Assembly: GCA_025558095.1 (NCBI GenBank)
Contig: JAIVFI010000008.1
Location: 1-64,000, forward strand
DNA from: Hyaloraphidium curvatum SAG 235-1
Taxonomy: Eukaryota; Fungi; Monoblepharomycota
DNA: 64,000 nt
Reading direction: 5' to 3'
Notes under the pieces: generated by a model
What the model saw: the letters and a program-made list of their open reading frames with translations, nothing else
Databases searched by the model: none
Told to the model about the DNA's origin: nothing
Part shown: piece by piece, positions 45,401 to 56,403 of the stretch
How the letters are laid out: the number at the start of each line of letters is the position of its first letter
How positions within the stretch are numbered: the stretch's first letter is position 1
Position numbers and translations under genes: made by a program

Positions 45401-46277
45401 TCTCCGAGGATCCGTGCCGGGCGCAGACGATCGCGGCGATGAAGTAGGGCACGGTAGCTAATGGCAGTGGGCCGATGTCCTTGTGGGACGCAGCGCGGAA
45501 AAGGATCGCGAGGAAGGCGGTATAGTTCCCGGCGACGGCGAGCCCCTTCAGAAGAGACGGCCAGGCGCCGCCCAAAGATGCCCCACAAGAGTGAACGAAA
45601 TCGACCACTTTGGCACAGGCAGCATAATCCCTGCTCAAGAGGATCAGAATTCGGGTGGAATCAAGTGCTAGAACCCACACCCACCCGAGGGTCCCGCAGA
45701 TCCGACAGAGGTGAAGGTACCATGCCACCACCTTGGAGCTCACCGGTATGCCAGCGGCGGCGGCATCACCAGCGACGGCACGAACGCGGGCGGAAGCTTC
45801 TTCTGCGAGCGATCTCAATTCCTGGTCGCTGGACCCCGTCCGAGCAAGTTCCAAGACGGCTTCCGACAGGCGGAAGGCCACCGACTTGATGTCCGCCGCG
45901 GTCAAGTCCTTGGTTGAGCCCGCCAGCGCCCGGTACGCCGTCCAGACGGCATCCGCCCTTCCCGAGAGGGGCGTCCGGCTGCTATCGAACAGCACTTCGC
46001 GAAGGCCAGTGACGGCGAAGGAGCGGTCCGGCTCCGCGAGGACCGCGAGGCATCGTACTCCTAGAATCCGGGTCCGAAGGGCGACGCCGCCGTCGAAACC
46101 GACGATCCGGGGGATTTGCCCTCGGCAGGCAGCGGGAAGGAGGCCCGAGGTTCGGCATCTGTTCCTACCCGGCGGCGTCCTGTGCGCCCCCGAAAGCCGG
46201 CCCTCCAGGCTCAGAGCACGTTGTGCAGAGCGCTGCAAGGCCCTGGCCGAGCGAGGGACGCGGCCCAGGCCCTGCAT
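42435..46277 (-). CDS. Large alpha-solenoid, PPR-like protein with probable mitochondrial presequence (paralog 1)
   Basis: Arg/Ser-rich N-terminus; PPR-like helix pairs (P.AAHYEPLL..AELAGD...V..L..DL..RG.QP; SFISAYGNLRQWD). In-frame intron 45631-45684. Confidence 0.65.
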   Translation of the reverse strand: MQGLGRVPRSARALQRSAQRALSLEGRLSGAHRTPPGRNRCRTSGLLPAACRGQIPRIVGFDGGVALRTRILGVRCLAVLAEPDRSFAVTGLREVLFDSSRTPLSGRADAVWTAYRALAGSTKDLTAADIKSVAFRLSEAVLELARTGSSDQELRSLAEEASARVRAVAGDAAAAGIPVSSKVVAWYLHLCRICGTLGWVWVLALDSTRILILLSRDYAACAKVVDFVHSCGASLGGAWPSLLKGLAVAGNYTAFLAILFRAASHKDIGPLPLATVPYFIAAIVCARHGSSENLTGYPAVTGAAADLRIRPPSSEPLIGSQRQHPMTEDGPDPMEVAEDPEAALRAYLASGEAERIADLSRPGMPVGTITRARKLLELLSLVARQQRDGRLRGPVPLQFFVKALLEGGNPRLARAALNILYSEPYSVPPSAAHYEPLLEHAELAGDEAVVGLAEDLERRGAQPSPDDRMSFISAYGNLRQWDRVREQFVALVAEGGELDSGDVATLVDALVGSAATGEQAVEAMALLAGAGIPLNADRWNQALLLVAERGDAAAVSELWGSIPEPEYVQAGTAVEKLCQAAGDYKGAVAVLRTLPASMLWLPWVWAYALDYLGRRMRPNDDPAPVIAICRALFTGTAIDSGDLFAPAAEALPFAGIAPPPLVRHRKAVLRSLVNALAACNRLYREQRREMEELARQALVRAGFEAEGLGLLEMQDVVWGKLSGWREAQRVAESGSSDAGPGDDGAAKTGRRRAATLPAELLELLELRSQEASEVPSEEESTANQTPSKPRRRRRGPGSDAKVLVDLLEDSGKQSEEHDGSNEVQDADLNPPPRDRRASDRISREKDTGNEVKALVDLLEGARSRANGQPEKASELLDGQEGGIAAEDRRPKPPRRVLADLVGPATTAQEVARALAAVESAGIPVGAGLWTTALELLASRGDPAALAELASLVPGGTRVDHKTIADAIAGRAGSAGELLEWVRPLPPRVHGHPPFWDPVMARLRALARSDRNDDVEPAVALLSAFFTGGPPGAAQPHGSARDVGPCPGLALTRSGGKRIWPGFFNALRIAELLPEPHKADMEALARDALARAGFDPGDAGREGLEDFALRTRQELKAARRAARLADAGRRDRAAPPASVEPTAEGEDAAGSEPRAGAEKPAVPEALVGLLAGAGRGTAPRADAGSRRRARSRAPVPSEEARTDAGGVDGEAAGAPSEAPAVPQALLDLLGSALRREEGQRWDAAGEGRGEGGGMRGSRRADRRREHGGEEEADVEEGMDRV

Positions 46278-46554
46278 CCCGTTCGGGGGGGGATGTTTAG
46301 TTTGTTGTCGTCACGCTTGGTCGTCTTCGATCCCCGGCCCTCCTTTCGCTGCGCCGTGCGTGGGAGTGACTCAGGCGCAGATGCCATCTTGCGCGTCGGA
46401 TCGAGCGGATCTGCGACGAATGGGCTTGATGGATCGATGGATCGGCTGCCGGCATAATGGTTCATGATCAAGATGAACCTCTATCGATCTATCGACCCCG
46501 AGTGACTCCTCCGCACGCTGCAGTCCCATATTTACACCCTAGGAGCAACGCAGC

Positions 46555-48079
46555 TCACGCCAGGTACTTCAGGATCTGGGCGGTGGCGATCCCGGATCCG
46601 AACATGGCCGCGGTCGCGATGACCGAGTTGGTGAGGAGCAGCGCGAATCCCGAGATGCCTGAAGGACGCAATTAGGTCCACGATCAACGGCATCTTTCGG
46701 TGTTACCCACCGTGACCTGTCGTACATCCAAGGGCCGTCCTTGCTCCGAACCACAGTAGTGCGCCCGCGAGCACGGGCTGCAGAAGCGGGTGCTTGCTCG
46801 AGAGGACGATCGACGGGGCGCCGGCGCCGGAACCGACGAGGCCGCCGACGAGGTGCCTAGTGCCGCCGAGTTTGGCAGAGAGGTAGGCGCCCGAGGCGAG
46901 CATGGCTAGGAAGCCCCAGCCGCTGAGGACGGTCTTGGCGCTGATCACGGGCTGGAACTTGGAGACCTCGGACTTGTCGTCGGTGAGGCCGAGCCGGCGG
47001 AACAGCCATCCGAAGGGGGCGAGCAGCGAGACGAACGGGGTGCTGGTGCCGAGGAACGTGTCGCCAAAGAGGACCATGGGCTGCAATGGGCGAAAGGGGG
47101 TGAGCGAGACGCAACGAGGAGCAAAACGCGGGACACGAACGAGCTGTGTGGCTCCCATGAGCGCGCCGGCCAAGACCGGGTTCCAAGCCGGGGCCCGCAG
47201 CGCGCTGAGAATACCGGTGATCGGCGGCACCGGAAAGTGGGGTTGGCTGTTGGGCGTCAGCTTGTTGAAAGCGACGGCCGCGGCAATCATGGCGGCCGAC
47301 GAGACGAGCGCCATCTTGTTGTAGCCGGTGCCGACCGCCTTGTCCAGCGACACTTCGGACGCCTTGCTCGCCTCAAAGAACTTTGGAAGCACTTTCCGCT
47401 CCGCGGCCGTGAACAGGCTCACGCCGACGAGCCCGCCGGCAATCACGGCCTCCGAACCGGGAACGCCCGAGGCGGCGGCAACCCATGCGGTTCCTGGGCA
47501 AGCACCCGACAGGGCCATGGCCGTGCCGAGCATGGCCGCGCCCGCCGCGGCCGACGTCGTGCCGCGCTGCGAATAGCGGCTAGTGCCGTATTGCTCCTTG
47601 ATCCGCTTAAAATGGGCTCCAAAGTAGCGGAGGAGGGGCGACTTGGAGTCCGCCGGGATCGAGTCGAGCAGGCCAAATATGAGCTGGCTCGCGCCGACGG
47701 CGCCCAGGAAGAAAGACATCATGGTGAAGTCGCGAAGAAGGAAGACATCTACCGTGACCCGAGAAAAGAGAGCAAATGGCAATGGGTCACCGGTCCACCG
47801 AGAACGGCCACCGAAACCCGTGGGCGCACCTTGTATCACTCGCGGCTCGAAAACGCGGCCCTTCTGGAGCGCAAAGCCAACAGAAAGTGGGCAAAGTCCC
47901 GCAGATACGAGGTAGCGAACGTAGGACTCGACGGAGCCTTTCTTGGCCGACGAAGTCGGAACGGACAGGGCGGCCAGGTCCTCCATCGGCTTGCCCTCCT
48001 TGGCCCGCTCCTCGAGCTTCTCGACGAGCGCCTCGCTGGCGATACTAGCCCGGCGCATGACGTTGCTGACGGGAGCCAT
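46555..48079 (-). CDS. YeeE/YedE family (thiosulfate/sulfur-compound) transporter
   Basis: GFALQKGRV..P.VI, G.AMALSGACPGT, WFGARTALGCTTGHGISG motifs. Introns 47749-47829, 47081-47140, 46659-46710. The start could extend to 48193. Confidence 0.82.
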
Positions 48080-48742
48080 GGCGGACGTCTCCGGTCTTTG
48101 CAAAGGGGCGAGTGTTTCTCGTCGGTCCTACGGCCGGCCGGGCGGCAAAGGGACGTCAGGCTTTGTCAGCTCCGAGCCGGTTTCTTGCGCCATCAAGATG
48201 AACTTGCGCTGGGACTTCGAATCGGCACATTGTTGGTATTAGGTCCAGGGTTCCGAACCATTCCCTCGGGTGATCTTTCTTGCTATTCGCGCCGCGTTGG
48301 GCAGGATGCGGGAGTCAAGGGCGAGAGGGTCTCGGCGAATCTGTGTCAACGGCAAGGCAGTTCGGCTGCGTACTAGAACCAGATACTAGGTGCAAGTGAC
48401 TCGATACGGAGCAGAGTCCCCCGGAGCAATTAGAACAACTATGCCCTGGGCCACGCAGATGGACAGTCTCCGCCGATACCTTGGTTGACGTCGTTCCGGT
48501 GTTTCGTTCGGACCAACCTTTGTTCCGACCAACCACCGCATGGCCGCCCAAAGCGAATCGGTGCGGATGAACTCTCTAAAGATCTCTGAGCGAAGCAGTT
48601 TAGCTCCGGAGTTGCGTAGAGGCGTGTCAAAGAGCTGCGGCGCGGCGCTGGCTGGCCAGCCAGCCTCTCAAAACAGCGATTGACAGGGTGTCGCAGCGCT
48701 GGGGGACGCCATCGTAGCGAATCGCGCTCTCGAGCGTTTACA

Positions 48743-51668
48743 ATGGACGGACCAGACGCAGGGCCAGTCGATCTCGGCCTGGAACCGCCGGGGGTGGCGC
48801 CGGGAGACTCCCAGGAACCGCCCAGTCCTCCCGTGACGCTGCGGAAGGGGAAGGCGAAAAAGAAGCCTACGGCGGCCGAGGTCAACGCCTACTTAAAGGG
48901 CGATGGGCACGATCCCCCTCGAGTGGTCGTCGAACGGCTCGTCAAGTATATGGCGCGCCTGCCCAGCGTCGAACCGCCGTTTTCGTTGAACAACTGGTTC
49001 CCGAAAGACGTGCGCGGCTTCGTCGCCGACAACGTCTTTGCTTTCCTCGACGAAGTTCTGCCGTTGTCTTCCTGCTCCAGGACGGCCGTGTTTGAGGGGA
49101 TCCGGAGCCTCACGGCGACTTCCGGGGCGATCGACTTTGGGCCGCACCCGTATGAGGACTGTTTGGTGCGTTACGACAACAAGCAGATCACCATGCGCTA
49201 CACTGCGGCAGACGATGCGGTCACCGTTGTGGAGGCATTTGCAGCTTTCTTATTTCTGCACTCCCAAGGAGCCAAAACCGGCGCTGTGGCACGCGACGAC
49301 TGGGATGACACGCGGAACAATATGCTGACGAGTCAGGCGGAGCTGGTTGGCTCCAAGCTCGATGAACTGCTCCGTATGCCGGCAGCGGATCCTCCACCTA
49401 CAGGGCCTGCTCCAGGCCCGGCATTCGACGAGTTGATTGCTCTCAGGGAACAGGTGGATAGGCTCCAGGCCAACTTGGCGGCCACGGAAGATGCTTTGGT
49501 TGAGAAAGTGCGGCAGCTCGATGCGAAGGAACGGGAGCTCATTCGCGAACGGGAAGAGGCCTCGAAAGCCACGACGGAACGGGAAGACCTCGTCCTCCGG
49601 AACGAAGAGGCTGCGGCCGCCGCCTGGCAGACCGAGTCGGATCTGATTGCCAAGAATGAGCTTTTGCGGGAGGCGGAGAACCGCGGGCGCTCTACCGTGG
49701 AGCAACTCGTCGCCGCGCTGGCGGCTATTACGCTCTTGAGGGGCTCGCTGCTCAGAGTCGAGGAGCGGAGCGCCGCGCAACAGCAGCAGAAAGACGCTTT
49801 CATTGCGGACCTCGAGAGACAGCTGGCCGGCTCCAACCAGGCCCGCAGCGAGCAGGATCAGATCATTGCAGACCTCCAAGCGGAGTGCGCGCGTCTTGCC
49901 GGGGCGAATGATGTGCTGCGAGAGAGCTCAGACAAGTTGGCGGCGAACCTCGCCCAGGAGGAAGCAGAGTTGGCCTCGGCCCTGTCCCGCAATCAGGAGC
50001 TCGAGGTGCAGAACGCCGCCTTGACGGACGAGAGCGATTCGCTCGCCCATCAACTGGCTACGAAAGAGGCTGACTGTGCGGCACAGCTCGCGCAAAAGGA
50101 TGCCGAGCACGCCGCCGGGCTGCAGGCAAGGGAGGGAGAAGTGGTAGCCCGAAAGGATGCCGAACTCCGACACACGCTGGAAGCCAAGGAGAACGAGGTG
50201 GCAGTAAAATTGGCCCGGAAGGAAGAGGAACTGCGGGCCGAGCTGCTGAGCACCGAGGCTGCGGCCGAGCTGATTGCTGGGAAGGACGCGGAGCTCGCAG
50301 AGAAATTGGAGGCGAAGGAGGCCGCGTTCCGAGCGCAGTTGGACGCAAGGGACGTCGATGTGGCCCGAATGGAAGCCAACCTTGCCGCGGAGCAGGCCAA
50401 GGCGGTCGCAGCGGCCGAGCAGCTAGCCGAGAAGAACGCGACGCTCGTGGCGTTGTTGGCCGGCATGGAAGCGTGCGATCGGGACAACGAGGATCTCCGA
50501 AAGCAGCTGGAAGAGATGCGGGCTCGGCTGGACGAGATGCCGAATGTGCAGGCCGAGGCTGCAGAGCTGCCGGATCCCGCGAGCGACGGAGCTGTTGCCG
50601 AGGTGGGTCCGGCTGCGTACTGCCCACCTCGCGATCTGACATGTCGCTGGATCCAGCTTCGACAGGAGCTCGCCCAGAAGGAGGAAGCCTGCGCCGAGCT
50701 CGAGTCCAGGCTGGAAACCGCCGCTCTTGAGCTCGATGCGGCGCGCCAGGACGCCAAGGACATCCGCTCGCAGCTTGATGCAGCCCTGAAGGAGGCTGTT
50801 GACGCCCGCCAGGACGTTGCCGTTGCCCGGAGGGATGTCGAGAACGCCCGGAAGGAGACCGCGCAGATGGAGCAGAAGTGGATGGCCGGCGAGGTGCTCT
50901 CTTCCGACCTCATCGACAAGCTCGACAAGGAGAAGAAAGAGCTTGAAGCAGCCGTCAAGGGGAAGGACGCCGAGCTGCTCTCGTTGGAGCAGCGAAACCA
51001 CGTGCAGGCCCAGCGCATACAAGGCCTGCAAGCCTTGCTAGCTGAGGCGAAAGAGATCGTTATTGCCAGAAACGCTGCGATCAACGTACTCCAAGGCGAG
51101 CTGGCCGAGGCGAGGACTGCTGCGGTGCGGGATGCCGAGACCAAGATGGCCGCGGAGCGAGAGGCCGAGGGGCACAAAAAGCAGGTGGACGCGCTGGGCC
51201 AGCTCGTGGTCAAGTACAACAAGCACCTCAACGCGTGGGTCTGCTGCTCGTCGGCCGGTCCGGTTGCTGACCAGGTTCCTGACCAGGGTCGACAAAGCTT
51301 TGCTGCGCACCGTCAAGAAGCTCAGGGAACCCCCCGTGACCAAGGTGGTCTTGGGCACCCCGCAACTCAAGCCCCAGCCGCCCGCGCAGATGCCCGGCCC
51401 TGACACGGCGGAAAGTTATCTCCGGAAAGTCAATTCGTCGCCCGATTTCGGACTCCGTGGTGCGCGCGCGTCGCAGGCGGCCGTGCACGAAGCGACGATC
51501 GGCGCCAGCGCTGCATTCCTGGATGTTTTCAACAAACAGGTGGACGCCTACGAGAACGGGCTCGCGGTCGAGATCCCGATCGGACGGGATGGTGTCGGTG
51601 CGGACAGCGGAACGGTGTGGGACGATTTCAGGGGCTTGTTACGCGGCGGGAAGAAGCAGGGCGGATGA
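48743..51668 (+). CDS. Long coiled-coil protein of unknown function
   Basis: About 600 aa of E/A/K/L/R heptads after a globular N-terminus. Introns 50603-50656 and 51235-51286. Confidence 0.7.
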
Positions 51669-51963
51669 GTTGGGAGAGCACTATTGTATCTGAAGGCGCT
51701 CGGCTAAAGTCACCTAGAGCGAGAGTTGTGCGGCGCCTCGATTGCTCGCGAGCAGTGCCGATCCTGCCCGGGGCCTGCGCCTGCTTAATGGCGCGGCCTC
51801 GTTCGCCTTAGGGTGCGCTGTTCCAGTGTATGCGGACGAGCGGCGACTGCACGATCCCCGATCGCGCCCTTCCGCTCCACGACATTTGCGCTTCGGGGCG
51901 GCGCTCCATTGTGTTCTCCTCACGGACTGTGGACAATCTGCTTCGAGCAGTCCCCGAACCGCG

Positions 51964-53598
51964 ATGCAGACGTGGCAGCTCCTCCTCCTCGGCATTTTTG
52001 CCTACCTCGCGTACCGCACCCTCCGCCTGCTCGCCAGCCCCGTCGCCCGCCTCCCCGGCACGGTCTCCTCCATCTTCACCAACGTGCGGTTCCTCGCCGC
52101 CTTCCTCTCGGGCGGCTTCGTGCCGTACAACCTCGCGCTGATCCGGAAGTTCGGCCCCGTGGTCCGCGTCGGCCCGTCCGAGGTGCTCCTCGGCGATGCC
52201 GCGCTGGCCGAGCTGGCCACCGTGAAACTGGATCTGCCCAAACCTCCCGCCGTGTTCCGGATGCTGAGGATGCCGTACTTGGACGACGACAGCGTGTTCA
52301 CCTTCGAGAACAAGGATCGCGGCGCGGACTCGGGGCACCGGCTGCGGCGGCGCCTGGTCTTCCCCGCCTTTGCCCCCTCGGCGCTGGAGCGCGTGGAGCC
52401 GCTGGTCCAGGACCGCGTGGCCGACCTGCTCCTCCGCATCTCGCTGGACGCCGGGCCGAAGGGCGACTCGCCCGTGGAGCTCGTCGACGCGTTCGACGCC
52501 TACACCCTCGACGCCATCCTGGACCTCGCCTTCGGCCTGCGCCCGCGCTCCTTGCTGGTCCCCCACTCGCCCGAGGGACGGAGCGCCGACCCGCTCGCCC
52601 CGGCCAACATCCGGCGCACCGTCTCGCGCGCCTTCACCTACGTCGGCCTGCGCAGCGCGCTGGACTCGCTCGGGATCGACGCCGGCTGGCTGTCCTTCGT
52701 CCCCTACGTGAGGGAAGGCAGGGCTGCGCTCGACGGGATGGCCGAGTTCACGGAACGGGTGGTGGCCGAGCGCCGCGCCGGCGCCGGCGGGGGTCCCAAG
52801 CGGGAGGACCTCCTCCAGGCCCTGTGCGATTCCGCGGACGAAAAGTCGGGGTACAGGATGACGGCGCGGGAGGTGGTCTCCGAGGCGGCGCTCTTCCTCG
52901 TCGCGGGACAGGAGACCACCTCTTCCTCGCTGGCCTTTGCCGCGGGCTTCCTGATGCTCCACGGTGCGCGGGCGTGGCACCGCCTCCGTGCTGAGCTGGA
53001 CGCTGCCCACGCCGCTCTCGAACCTGCCCCGCCTGTCGACGCCAACGGGTTCCGCCGCATCTCCCACGCTGCCCTCCGAGATCTGCCCTACCTCAACGCA
53101 GTGCTCACCGAGACCCTCCGCCTGCGCCCCATCGCCGCCTTCATCATCCGCTACACCCCGCAGGACCTCGTCCTCCCCGACGCCTCCGGGGCGGAGCACC
53201 CCGTCCCCGCCGGGACGATGCTCGAGGTCGCTTCGGCCGCCATCTCCACCTCCCCCGCGTTCTGGGGCCCCGACGCCGAGAGGTTCGCACCGGAGCGGTT
53301 CCTCCCCCCGCACCTCGGCGGCCGCGAGGGGTGGAAGGACCCGTCCTCGCACGAGACGCGGAAGCACCTGCCCACATTCTCTTTCGGTTCGCGGAACTGC
53401 ATCGGGCAGGCGCTGGCGCGGATGCAGCTCAGGCTGGTGCTGGCGCATCTGGTGCTCAACTTCGACTGCGACGGATGGTGCGGCGCGAACAGGATGGGGG
53501 AGGGAGGGTTCGATTCGTGGGCGGGGCAGGTGTACAGGCCGACGATGAAGGTGGCGGGCGGGAAGCTGTACGGGGAGCTGAGGAGGAGGGGTGTGTAG
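51964..53598 (+). CDS. Cytochrome P450
   Basis: N-terminal anchor, AGQETT I-helix, ETLR, PERF, FSFGSRNCIG heme motif; intronless. Confidence 0.93.
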   Translation: MQTWQLLLLGIFAYLAYRTLRLLASPVARLPGTVSSIFTNVRFLAAFLSGGFVPYNLALIRKFGPVVRVGPSEVLLGDAALAELATVKLDLPKPPAVFRMLRMPYLDDDSVFTFENKDRGADSGHRLRRRLVFPAFAPSALERVEPLVQDRVADLLLRISLDAGPKGDSPVELVDAFDAYTLDAILDLAFGLRPRSLLVPHSPEGRSADPLAPANIRRTVSRAFTYVGLRSALDSLGIDAGWLSFVPYVREGRAALDGMAEFTERVVAERRAGAGGGPKREDLLQALCDSADEKSGYRMTAREVVSEAALFLVAGQETTSSSLAFAAGFLMLHGARAWHRLRAELDAAHAALEPAPPVDANGFRRISHAALRDLPYLNAVLTETLRLRPIAAFIIRYTPQDLVLPDASGAEHPVPAGTMLEVASAAISTSPAFWGPDAERFAPERFLPPHLGGREGWKDPSSHETRKHLPTFSFGSRNCIGQALARMQLRLVLAHLVLNFDCDGWCGANRMGEGGFDSWAGQVYRPTMKVAGGKLYGELRRRGV

Positions 53599-53860
53599 GC
53601 GGTCGGCGCGGATGGATGGCACATTGGAGCCGGACGTCCGAGGAAGAGGTCTGTCTCCGCCACCGAGCCGGTACCGTTCAAAATCTGGCCCCGGTCGCGC
53701 TCCCGTCGAACACAATGCAAGACCAGTACCGAGGAAGGCAACTCCTTAGAAGCCGGGCGAGACCACCATCCGTCCTCGGGCGGGTGCAGGGTCAACGTCA
53801 GCCAGGGCTCTGCCGAACATTCCTGTCTCCCGGCCCCGTCGCGCGAGCATCCCGCCGCCC

Positions 53861-55672
53861 ATGCCTCCGCAGTCCTGGGAATCGGTCCGCGATGCCAAGC
53901 TCGCTGCCAAGAAGGCGGCGTACGCGCGGTTCGGCGTCGAGGTCTCCGTCCCCGAATCGCGCCGGGACGTGACGGACGTTCCGCGGGAATGCGGGAAGCT
54001 CACGGAGCGGGAGCTGGAAATCACCGAGACGCCGGCGTCGGCGTTGTTGCGCACCCTCGCGTCGGGCGAACTCTCCGCCGTCGACGTCGTGACGGCGTTC
54101 GGGAAGCGGGCGCTCGTCGCCGACCAGGTTAGCCGCAGACGCGCCCCGCCGGGTTCCCGTGTCCTTATATTCCTTCCATCATCATAGGTAGTCAACTGCC
54201 TCACCGAGATCTTCATCGACGCGGGCATCGAGCGCGCCCGCGAGCTCGACGCGCACCTCGCCGCCACCGGCGCCCCCGTCGGCCCGCTGCACGGCCTCCC
54301 GATCAGCCTCAAGGACCAATTCCACGTCGCGGGCATCGACACCACCATGGGCTACTCGGCGTTCGCCGACCAGCCCGCCGAAGCGGACTGCGACCTCGTC
54401 GTCGCGCTGCGCCGCGCGGGCGCCGTGCTCTTCGTCCGCACCAACGTGCCGCAGTCGCTCATGGTCGCCGAGACGACGAACCCCGTGTTCGGGACGACGA
54501 CCAACCCGCGGAATCGCACCTTGACGTGCGGCGGTTCGAGCGGGGGGGAGGGCGCGCTGCTCGCGATGAAGGGCAGCCCGCTGGGCGTCGGAACCGACAT
54601 GTGGGTCGCCGGGCCGATGCGGGCCGACGGGTGGGATCGCTGATCTCGGCACCTTGCGCCCGGCATGCAGCGGGGGGTCGATCCGCGTCCCGTCGGCGTT
54701 CAACTCCCTCTACGGCCTCAAGCCCTCCTCGGCCCGCCTCCCCTACGGCGGCGCGCGCAACTCCCTCCTCGGCATGGAGAGCGTCGTCTCCTCGCTGGGC
54801 CCCATGTCGCCGGACCTCGCCGCGTGCGGGATATTCGTCCGCGCGGTGCTGGCGCAGGAGCCGTGGAGGTTCGATCCTTCGTGCCTGCGGATGCCGTGGG
54901 ACGGGGATGCCGCGCGGGAGCTGGAGGTGCGGAAGCCGGTGTTCGGATACCTCCTCGGCGACGGCAACCTGGAACGTGTCGCCCCGCCCGTGGAGCGTGC
55001 GGTGCTCGACACGGTGGCCAAGCTCAGAGCGGCGGGGTACGAAGTCAAGCCGTTCGATTTCCCCGTGCTTTACGGAGGGGCGGCGCTGCATGTCCGGATC
55101 ATCACCGCCGACGGGGCCAAGGACATTGCACGGGACGTGGAGGCCGGCGGGGATCCGTGGGTGCCGGGTCTGGCGTGGATCCCCCCGCGGTGGGGAAGGA
55201 GATCGGCGCGTACGAGTTCTGGCAGGTGCGATCTTGTCGCGGGCCGCCCCTGTGGGAAGCCCTGTCCTGACCGCCGATCCGCCAGCTGAACAGGCAGAAG
55301 GACGCCCTGCGCCGCCGCGCGCTCGACGCGTGGAACGCCGCGGGGATCGACGCGCTGATCCTGCCCCCCGCTCCCTTGCCGGCCGTCCCGCACGGAAAGA
55401 TGGCCTACATGAGCTACACCGCCCGATTCAACCTGCTGGACATGACCGCCGGCATCGTGCCTCATTCGTTCGTGCTCCCCTCGGATGCGCACCCGGAGGG
55501 TTACATGCCAAAGGCGGGGGACGAGGAGAGGGTGGCGGCGACGTGGGGCAACGGGGAGGCGTTCGAGGGCGCGCCGGTGTGCGTGCAGGTGGTGTGCAGG
55601 AGGTTCGAGGAGGAGAAGTGCCTCGCGGTGATGGAGGTGGTGGACGCCGCCATCCGGGGCGGGGCCGGGTGA
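53861..55672 (+). CDS. Fungal acetamidase/FAAH-type amidase (apparent frameshift at the C6 run 55181-55186)
   Basis: NCLTEI, GPLHGLPISLKD, GGSSGGEGAL, GTDIGGSIRVP. Introns 54128-54187, 54601-54670, 55226-55285. Confidence 0.85.
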
Positions 55673-56403
55673 GGCGGCGGGTAACCGAAGTGCGGTGGCC
55701 GTCCCGGTTCCCGCGCACACCCGCCGATCAGGTTCGGAGCAGCATCCGACAGGCCGGGGGGAAAAAGGTCTATTCCGGTCGTTGTTTCGTGCGGTCCGTG
55801 TGTGTTGGGCAAAGTTAAGGTGCGGTTCGGTGGCGAGTATCTGGAGTAGAGCGATGCAGCGTGCTTCTGGACATGTCCCGACCCGGGCAACTGCCCCGCA
55901 TTCGCAGATCTCGACCCGCACAGTGAAACCATCTCCAGTGGCTCCCACGGGGTCTGCGGAGCGCCCGGCGGCGAGGCGCGCTTGACAGCCGAGAAGCACG
56001 TGCCTCGTGGGCATCGGACCGCCGCCGCACCCACCGGAACGTGCGGAGACGCGGTGGTGGACACTCTGGACGACTTCCGGAGGTTCGGAAAAGCGGGCCG
56101 AGGTGCCTGGCCGGGTTGCCACCGGCAGTTTTGGCGTTGTGGCTGTGTGTTTGGGACCCTGCGTCACGGCCTCCTCGATTCCCGCCCAGTCTCCGCCCGG
56201 CCTAGTTAGCCGGGTTTGCCGCCGTCGGACCACCGCAGATGGCTGCCGGCCGCACGGAGCGTCGGCGCCCGCGGTGTCACGGCGCCGGAACCGATCGGCA
56301 CGTGATGAGCAATCCGGGTCGGATCGCCTCGTGCGTCACCCGGAGTCCCGACAGGGTCGGGATCGAAATCACATTCCTCCCGCGCACCCGCCGGACGCCG
56401 AAC

